The translations under genes were made by a program, and so were the position numbers. Shown piece by piece: positions 57,747 through 64,000 of a stretch of DNA of 64,000 nucleotides. The first letter of the stretch is position 1; the number at the start of each line of letters is the position of its first letter. Source of the stretch: Desulfamplus sp. (GTDB taxonomy: Bacteria; Desulfobacterota; Desulfobacteria; Desulfobacterales; Desulfobacteraceae); NCBI GenBank assembly GCA_015232555.1, contig JADFZJ010000018.1:4934-68933 (forward strand). The letters are read 5' to 3'. The notes beneath the pieces were generated by a model. It was not told the DNA's origin. It saw nothing but the letters and a program-made list of their open reading frames with translations, and made no database searches.

Positions 57747-59126
57747 ATGACAGCAGGACCACGCGGACCAATGCTGCTTCAAGATGTTTGGTTTATGGAA
57801 AAATTAGCCCATTTTGACAGAGAAGTTATTCCAGAGAGAAGAATGCACGCCAAAGGTTCTGGTGCTTATGGAAATTTTACAGTAACTCACGATATCACCA
57901 AATATACCAAAGCAAAGATTTTCTCAGAGATTGGTAAAAAAACAGGCCTGTTTGTCCGCTTTTCCACAGTTGCAGGTGAACGCGGTGCTGCTGATGCAGA
58001 GCGTGACATCAGAGGTTTTGCCATTAAATTTTATACAGAACAGGGCAACTGGGATTTAGTCGGCAACAACACACCAGTATTTTTCATGCGTGATCCTTTA
58101 AAATTTCCTGATCTTAACCATGCTGTTAAACGCGATCCACGCACAAACTTGAGAAGTGCAAAGAACAACTGGGATTTTTGGACATCTTTGCCAGAAGCTC
58201 TACATCAGGTTACGGTTGTAATGAGCGATAGGGGAATTCCAGCAACTTACCGCAATATGCACGGATTTGGAAGCCACACATTTAGTTTTATCAATGCAAA
58301 CAATGAACGTTATTGGGTCAAATTTCACCTTCGCACTCAGCAGGGAATAAAAAATCTGACAGATCAAGAGGCAGAGGCAGTTGTCGGAAAGTGTCGTGAA
58401 AGCCATCAGCGTGATCTGTATGAGAGCATTGAACGCGGCGATTTCCCACGTTGGACAATGTTTGTTCAAATTATGCCGGAAAAAGAAGCTGCAACATGCC
58501 CATACAACCCGTTTGACCTTACAAAGGTCTGGTTTCACAAAGATTATCCTCTGATTGAAGTTGGTATCATAGAGCTTAACAAAAATCCTGAAAACTACTT
58601 TGCAGAGGTTGAGCAGTCTGCATTTAATCCCGCAAACATTGTTCCGGGAATTGGCTTTTCACCAGACAAGATGCTTCAAGGAAGGTTATTCTCTTATGGA
58701 GATGCCCAGCGTTACCGTTTAGGTGTAAATCATCACCTAATTCCTGTTAATAAAGCAAGGTGTCCTTTCCACAGCTATCACCGTGATGGTGCAATGAGGG
58801 TTGACGGAAACTATGGAAGCACACTTGGATATCAGCCAAACAGTTATGGAGAGTGGCAGGAGCAGCTAAATTTTTCAGAGCCGCCATTGAGCCTTGAAGG
58901 TGCAGCAGACCACTGGAACCATCGTGTTGATGAAGATTACTACTCTCAGCCCGGAAAACTCTTTCGCCTAATGAATGAAGATGAGAAAGCCCGCCTCTTT
59001 GCCAACACAGCAAGGGCTATGGGAGATGCACCAGAAGAGATTAAACGCCGTCATATCGGAAACTGCATGAAAGCAGACACAGCTTATGGAAAAGGAGTTG
59101 CTGAGGCAATGGGGATAAATTTGTAG
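57747..59126 (+). CDS. katA: monofunctional heme catalase, N-terminally shortened
   Basis: [31 protein letters not shown] and [12 protein letters not shown]; an in-frame TAG at 57720-57722 excludes the usual N-terminal arm. Confidence 0.92.
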   Translation: MTAGPRGPMLLQDVWFMEKLAHFDREVIPERRMHAKGSGAYGNFTVTHDITKYTKAKIFSEIGKKTGLFVRFSTVAGERGAADAERDIRGFAIKFYTEQGNWDLVGNNTPVFFMRDPLKFPDLNHAVKRDPRTNLRSAKNNWDFWTSLPEALHQVTVVMSDRGIPATYRNMHGFGSHTFSFINANNERYWVKFHLRTQQGIKNLTDQEAEAVVGKCRESHQRDLYESIERGDFPRWTMFVQIMPEKEAATCPYNPFDLTKVWFHKDYPLIEVGIIELNKNPENYFAEVEQSAFNPANIVPGIGFSPDKMLQGRLFSYGDAQRYRLGVNHHLIPVNKARCPFHSYHRDGAMRVDGNYGSTLGYQPNSYGEWQEQLNFSEPPLSLEGAADHWNHRVDEDYYSQPGKLFRLMNEDEKARLFANTARAMGDAPEEIKRRHIGNCMKADTAYGKGVAEAMGINL

Positions 59127-59177
59127 TACTTTGGGAGTTATACTATTCAAGGTCATAGACTGAATTTTACATAAACT

Positions 59178-59205
59178 GTAGAGACGAACGGTCGTGCGTC
59201 TCTAC
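59178..59205 (+). repeat. 28-bp REP-like palindrome (intergenic copy)
   Basis: GTAGAGACGAACGGTCGTGCGTCTCTAC between convergent katA and rsmE; same element as in carB. Confidence 0.85.
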
Positions 59206-59225
59206 TTAGATATAAAAAGGTACTA

Positions 59226-60035
59226 CTAAATATCACCAAAGATATTTTGAACAAGTGTACATGCAGCAATTGATGCGGTTTCAGCTCTTAAAATCCGTTT
59301 CCCAAGAGAAAAGGATTGAAAGCCATTTTTTAGGGCAATAGATATCTCCTGTTCTGAAAAACCCCCTTCAGGACCAACCATCACAATTATTTTACGTTGT
59401 TCACCTACACTTGGAATATTGCTCAGACGCTCACGTATCGCATCAACTGGAATTGTCGACTTTTCCCAGAAAGCTATCTTTTCATCATAGCATTCTGCTT
59501 CGTTTATCATCTTATCATAAGACATTGGTTGGTGAACTATCGGCAAAAGACTTCGTCCGCACTGTTTGATTGACTCTCTTGCAATGCGTTCCCACCGTTC
59601 AACTCTAACATCTGTAGTTTTTCTGTTTGAGTATGATTTTGGAATGGCAAAATCGGCTTCTTTTCTTTGGATAGCATCAGGGCAGGGAACAGAACGTGAT
59701 GCAAAGAAGGGTATCCACTCTTTAATTCCAAGCTCTGTAAGATGGCGTAAAATAACATCCATCTTTTTGTCTTTAAGCATTCCCTGAGCAATTGTGATAT
59801 GTGCAGGTGATTCTGCATCTAAAAATCTCTTGCTGATAATTTTAAATATCACCTGTTTAGAGGTTGCAGCTTCAATTTCAGCCATATAGTGGTTGCCATG
59901 ACCATCTGCAAGCTCCACGCTGTTTCCACTACCAAGCCTTAAAACATTAACAAGATGTTTGGCATCTTGACCAGTTATTGTGGCAATATTGCCATCAATA
60001 TCATCAGGGTTGATATAAAATCGATGTATGGACAT
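59226..60035 (-). CDS. rsmE: 16S rRNA m3U1498 methyltransferase
   Basis: HLVNVLRL, TELGI, ESIKQCGR, VGPEGGFS and LGKRILRAETA. Confidence 0.96.
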   Translation of the reverse strand: MSIHRFYINPDDIDGNIATITGQDAKHLVNVLRLGSGNSVELADGHGNHYMAEIEAATSKQVIFKIISKRFLDAESPAHITIAQGMLKDKKMDVILRHLTELGIKEWIPFFASRSVPCPDAIQRKEADFAIPKSYSNRKTTDVRVERWERIARESIKQCGRSLLPIVHQPMSYDKMINEAECYDEKIAFWEKSTIPVDAIRERLSNIPSVGEQRKIIVMVGPEGGFSEQEISIALKNGFQSFSLGKRILRAETASIAACTLVQNIFGDI

Positions 60036-60079
60036 TATAGATTCTCCGCGATCATAACAATCTTTGCCAGCAGTGGTTT

Positions 60080-63000
60080 TTATCTCTCTTTACTTTGGGG
60101 AGAAACATAAAGAGCTATCTCTTTGAGTATCTTTTTAGTTTCTACAAGCGAACGGGAAATCTTTTTATTTCGCGAACCAAGATTTATTTTAAGGACATTT
60201 TCTGACGTATATTCATACTCAAAACCATTAAGCGGGAAATGACGAAAAGGTCTTTTTTGGTGAATTTCAGAAAAGACAAGCACAATAGAATTAAGAGTAA
60301 CATCCATCTTCTTTACACCAGCTTTTATTGCAAAAATTCTGAGCATAATCTTTAGGAGCATGTTCAGCCCCTCTTCAGGCAATTTGCCAAACCTGTCAAT
60401 CAGCTCTTTTTGCATGGTGGTGATTTCAGAGATGTCTGTCATCTGGGAGAGCCTTCTATAAATTGTGAGCCTCTGCTCTATGGACTGAACATAATCCTCT
60501 GGAATATGGGCGGACATTGTTATGTTGATCTCGGGTTCAAGTGCTGGTATCAAAGGTTTTCCCTTAAGATCGCACACAGCCTCATCAAGAAGTTTTAGGA
60601 ACATATCATATCCAACTGCTGCAATATGACCAGACTGTGAAGCACCAAGTGCAGAACCAGCCCCTCTTATCTGTAAATCTTTCATGGCAATCTGAAATCC
60701 AGCCCCAAGGTCACGGTGTTCCATCAATGCAGCAAGTCTTTTTTTTGCATCACGGGAGAGATTGTTTTCATCTTGAACAAACAGATAGGCATAAGCCTGC
60801 TCCTCTCCTCTGCCAACTCTGCCTCGTAACTGATAAATCTGAGCAAGCCCAAACCGTTCAGCCTTGTTGATTATCATTGTATTTGCAGACGGAATATCAA
60901 GCCCTGACTCAACAATGGTTGTGCAGACAAGCATATCAATATTACGGTTTATAAAATCAACCATAACCTTTTCCAATGCAGCTTCTGGCAATCTTCCATG
61001 TGCGACACCAATTCTCACCTCTGGGACAAGCTGCTGGAGCTTTTCCACCATTTTGAAGATAGTTTCAATCTCATTGTGGATGAAAAATATCTGCCCCCCT
61101 CTTGCCAACTCTTTTTTAACAGCATCAGCCACAACTGCATCACTATATTCCGAGATATATGAGACAATTGCCTGTCTGTCTTCTGGAGGAGTTGAAATAA
61201 CGCTGATATCTCTCATGCCTGTCAAAGAAAGATGCAACGTTCTTGGAATCGGGGTGGCAGTGAGTGCAAGCACATCAACAGTGGTTCGTTTTGATTTAAT
61301 AGCCTCCTTGTGTTTAACTCCAAAACGCTGCTCCTCATCAATAACCAACAACCCTAAAGATTTGAATGAAACATCTTTTTGCAGCAGACGGTGAGTTCCA
61401 ATAACAATATCTATCTTGCCAGATGCAAGTCCGCTCAAAATCTGTCTCTGCTCCTTTGTGGTTCTGAATCTTGAGAGAGCCTCAACCGTTACAGGCCAGC
61501 TCTTGAAACGCTCTCTGAATGTGTGAAGATGCTGTTCGGCAAGAATTGTAGTTGGAACAACTATTGCCACCTGTTTTCTATCATTGACAGCCTTGAATGC
61601 CGCTCTTATCGCCACCTCTGTCTTTCCGTAACCCACATCTCCGCACACCAATCTGTCCATCGGGGTCTCATCTTCCATATCAGACAAAACATCATCAATT
61701 GCCTTCAACTGGTCAGGGGTCTCATCATAGGGAAATGATGCCTGAAATTCATCATACAAGCTGTCAGATTGGCTGAATGCGTGTCCATCTTGAACCCTTC
61801 TTTCGGCGTAGAGCTTTAGCAGCTCCCCTGCCATCTTTTCTACCTCTTTTTTTGCCTTTGCAGTTGACTTTATCCATGTTTTTCCACCGATTTTGTCGAG
61901 AATTGGATTATATCCCTCAACACCTATATATTTTTCAACCATCTCCATTCGGTCAACTGGAAGATAGAGCCTATCATCATCTTTATAGGCAATCTGGATA
62001 AAATCACCTGACAGACCATCTATAGTGATGGTTTTTAACCCCTCATACCTTCCAAGACCATGTTCCAAATGGACAACAATATCACCCTCTTTCAGCTCTT
62101 CTGGGGTGATGAATCGGCTCTTTGCCCGTTTGGTGCTCCTATTCAAAAACCTTTTTTTGACTCCAAATATCTCCTGATCCGTAATTATGGCAATTCCACT
62201 CTCATGGTGAACAAAACCTGATGAAAGATTTCCTACCATATAATATGTTGGTGCTATAGTTTTTTGCTTGTTGATTTTATTAATTGCAATATTAGTCTCA
62301 GAAAGAGAGTTATTAATCTTAGTTGTTAGATTATTAAAGTTTATAGAATTAAAAGGTTGCAGCTCAATACCATAAGGTTTCAATAAAGATATAAGCCGTC
62401 CAGCCTGAGCATCGCTTGTGCATACTGCAACGGATGCAATATTAGAGTTACGGTTACTGATAAACCAGTCCGCAAGGGGCTGTAAAATGTGGTCATCATG
62501 CGAACTTATACTATCTCTCTTTGACAGGGATGTTTGTAATTGGGCAGAAATATATGAGTTATTCTTGAAATTTAAGTTAAAATTAGAGTCAAAGTTCTTA
62601 TTATAATTTGTGCAATCTGCATTACAATCAGAAGTGTAAGAATAGGTGGGTTCTAAAACCAAATCCCTGAAAGCAACTCTTTTTCTATTCTCAATATCCA
62701 AATAAGAGATAAAATCACTCCACTGCATGTAAATTGATTCTGGCAACACACAGAGTTTTTTCTCTTGCTTTGCACGATCATAATTTTCTATAGCCTGACT
62801 ATGAAGATTATCAGATATGGAGGCAAGCTCTTCAGGTCTGTCCATCAAAAAAAGGGTATCCTCAGGCAGATAATTGACAAAAGTATCTGTCTCTCCATAG
62901 ACAATCGAAATAAGACTCTCTATCTCTGGAAATCTTCCAAGCTCCTTTAGCTTTTCCACATAATCCTTGACTTTAGCAGGTGAAAGACCGCAATCACTGC

Positions 63001-63754
63001 CTGCTTGACGTAATCTTGCTATAACATGAGGCAGATTGTTTTTTTCCATAATCACCTCATTTGGAGGGATGATTACAGCCTCTTGAATCTCATCAACTCC
63101 ACGCTGAGTCACAGGCGAGAAGTAACGCAAAGATTCCACAAAATCGCCAAACAGCTCAATTCTGACAGGATTCTCATAATTGGGAGAAAAGATATCAAGA
63201 ATACCGCCTCTTACCGCATAATCACCAGGCTCTTCCACAAGTGATGTCCGCATATAGCCGTTTGCATTGAGACGGGCAACCAAAAGGTCTCTGTCAAGAG
63301 TTTCACCATTTTGAACGATATCAACCGATTTGGAGAGCACATTTTTAGGAACACTCTTTTGAAGAAGGGTATCCACACTTGTAATGATAAAATAGTGGCG
63401 GGTAAGCTCAATCAGTTTATAAAGAACCGAAATCCTCAAAGCTGAGGTGGTTGCATGGTAAGATACTGATTTGAATGGCTGAATATGATATCCAGGAAAA
63501 TAAAGAACGGAAGATTGCATCTCTGGCATGAAAAAGAGCAGCTCATCCATAAAACGGATTGCATCTCTTGGTGTTGGAAATATCGCAACTGTGCTGCAAC
63601 CGCTCTTCTTAAATGTTGCACACTCCTTAAATACTTTTGCTGCAACGTATGCCTTTGATGAACCGTAACAGCCTGTCAAATTTACAAAAAAGGATGATGT
63701 TTTTCCTGATTTATTGATATCTTCTTTTATAAAGTCCAAAAAATTTTTCAGCAT
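60080..63754 (-). CDS. mfd: transcription-repair coupling factor
   Basis: UvrB-like module (RGGILDIF), RID (VVHLEHGLGRY), CGDVGYGKTEVA, DEEQRFGV, YQLRGRVGR and TRCF domain. Confidence 0.97.
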   Translation of the reverse strand: MLKNFLDFIKEDINKSGKTSSFFVNLTGCYGSSKAYVAAKVFKECATFKKSGCSTVAIFPTPRDAIRFMDELLFFMPEMQSSVLYFPGYHIQPFKSVSYHATTSALRISVLYKLIELTRHYFIITSVDTLLQKSVPKNVLSKSVDIVQNGETLDRDLLVARLNANGYMRTSLVEEPGDYAVRGGILDIFSPNYENPVRIELFGDFVESLRYFSPVTQRGVDEIQEAVIIPPNEVIMEKNNLPHVIARLRQAGSDCGLSPAKVKDYVEKLKELGRFPEIESLISIVYGETDTFVNYLPEDTLFLMDRPEELASISDNLHSQAIENYDRAKQEKKLCVLPESIYMQWSDFISYLDIENRKRVAFRDLVLEPTYSYTSDCNADCTNYNKNFDSNFNLNFKNNSYISAQLQTSLSKRDSISSHDDHILQPLADWFISNRNSNIASVAVCTSDAQAGRLISLLKPYGIELQPFNSINFNNLTTKINNSLSETNIAINKINKQKTIAPTYYMVGNLSSGFVHHESGIAIITDQEIFGVKKRFLNRSTKRAKSRFITPEELKEGDIVVHLEHGLGRYEGLKTITIDGLSGDFIQIAYKDDDRLYLPVDRMEMVEKYIGVEGYNPILDKIGGKTWIKSTAKAKKEVEKMAGELLKLYAERRVQDGHAFSQSDSLYDEFQASFPYDETPDQLKAIDDVLSDMEDETPMDRLVCGDVGYGKTEVAIRAAFKAVNDRKQVAIVVPTTILAEQHLHTFRERFKSWPVTVEALSRFRTTKEQRQILSGLASGKIDIVIGTHRLLQKDVSFKSLGLLVIDEEQRFGVKHKEAIKSKRTTVDVLALTATPIPRTLHLSLTGMRDISVISTPPEDRQAIVSYISEYSDAVVADAVKKELARGGQIFFIHNEIETIFKMVEKLQQLVPEVRIGVAHGRLPEAALEKVMVDFINRNIDMLVCTTIVESGLDIPSANTMIINKAERFGLAQIYQLRGRVGRGEEQAYAYLFVQDENNLSRDAKKRLAALMEHRDLGAGFQIAMKDLQIRGAGSALGASQSGHIAAVGYDMFLKLLDEAVCDLKGKPLIPALEPEINITMSAHIPEDYVQSIEQRLTIYRRLSQMTDISEITTMQKELIDRFGKLPEEGLNMLLKIMLRIFAIKAGVKKMDVTLNSIVLVFSEIHQKRPFRHFPLNGFEYEYTSENVLKINLGSRNKKISRSLVETKKILKEIALYVSPQSKER

Positions 63755-63808
63755 TTTTTTCTTGATTTTATATTATATAAGCATTAATGGTAAACTAAAT
63801 TTTAACAA

Positions 63809-63884
63809 GCCGGCGTAACTCAGTTGGTAGAGTAGCTGATTCGTAATCAGCAAGCCACCAGTTCGACTCTGGTCGTCGGCTCCA
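63809..63884 (+). tRNA. tRNA-Thr(CGT)
   Basis: GCCGGCGTAACTCAGTTGGTAGAGTAGCTGATTCGTAATCAGCAAGCCACCAGTTCGACTCTGGTCGTCGGCTCCA; anticodon arm GCTGA-TTCGTAA-TCAGC. Confidence 0.95.
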
Positions 63885-63892
63885 GAATTATC

Positions 63893-63928
63893 AAGCCTGT
63901 CAAGCGTTTCAGCTTTTCAGGCTTTTTT
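63893..63928 (+). terminator. terminator after tRNA-Thr
   Basis: AAGCCTG...CAGGCTT followed by a T-run. Confidence 0.65.
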
Positions 63929-64000
63929 GTTTTCTCTCTAAAACTCACTTTTTTGAGTGTTTTTGTATGCAGTTTGCAGACAAAACGCATACAGATTTTT

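Noticed and set aside
1205-63645. Numerous 60-180 aa ORFs overlapping annotated genes in other frames or strands
   Set aside because: They are shadows of well-supported genes and lack RBS, motifs or independent coding signal.
63885-64000. Start of an integrated element at tRNA-Thr
   Set aside because: Only a terminator-like hairpin and 70 nt of sequence remain; no integrase or att duplication is visible in the window.

Overview
AT-rich (by eye, not computed) bacterial chromosomal window. The gene families and protein styles point to a sulfate-reducing Desulfobacterales-type organism; this is inference, with no rRNA or other marker present. The housekeeping backbone is thiS-thiG under a TPP riboswitch, clpB, tRNA-Ala(GGC), ppiD, a frameshifted M16 protease, trpD-trpCF, a three-gene split glutamate synthase, carA, carB, purF, a purine nucleoside phosphorylase, serB, katA, rsmE, mfd and tRNA-Thr(CGT). 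Accessory material is mixed in. (i) A 3.7 kb island between carA and carB contains a PLD-family nuclease gene split by a 215-bp MITE (26-bp TIRs, TAA duplication), intact PIN and HEPN/MNT modules, several partnerless antitoxin-like genes, an Rpn C-terminal remnant and two 58-bp direct repeats within attC-like hairpins. (ii) A TdeIII/MjaII-like type II R-M system lies between carB and purF. (iii) An orphan pair of Ter-cluster PRTase/StiP genes sits upstream of trpD. (iv) Three solute-binding-protein plus hybrid-kinase pairs have no transporter, and one of the binding proteins is reduced to an internally deleted remnant. (v) A DCL/DUF3223-like gene follows thiG. Small DNA elements are prominent: a ~55-bp dispersed repeat occurs 7 times (twice in frame in a signal peptide), a 28-bp REP-like palindrome sits in frame in carB, and many conserved enzymes carry Asn/Ser-rich insertions.
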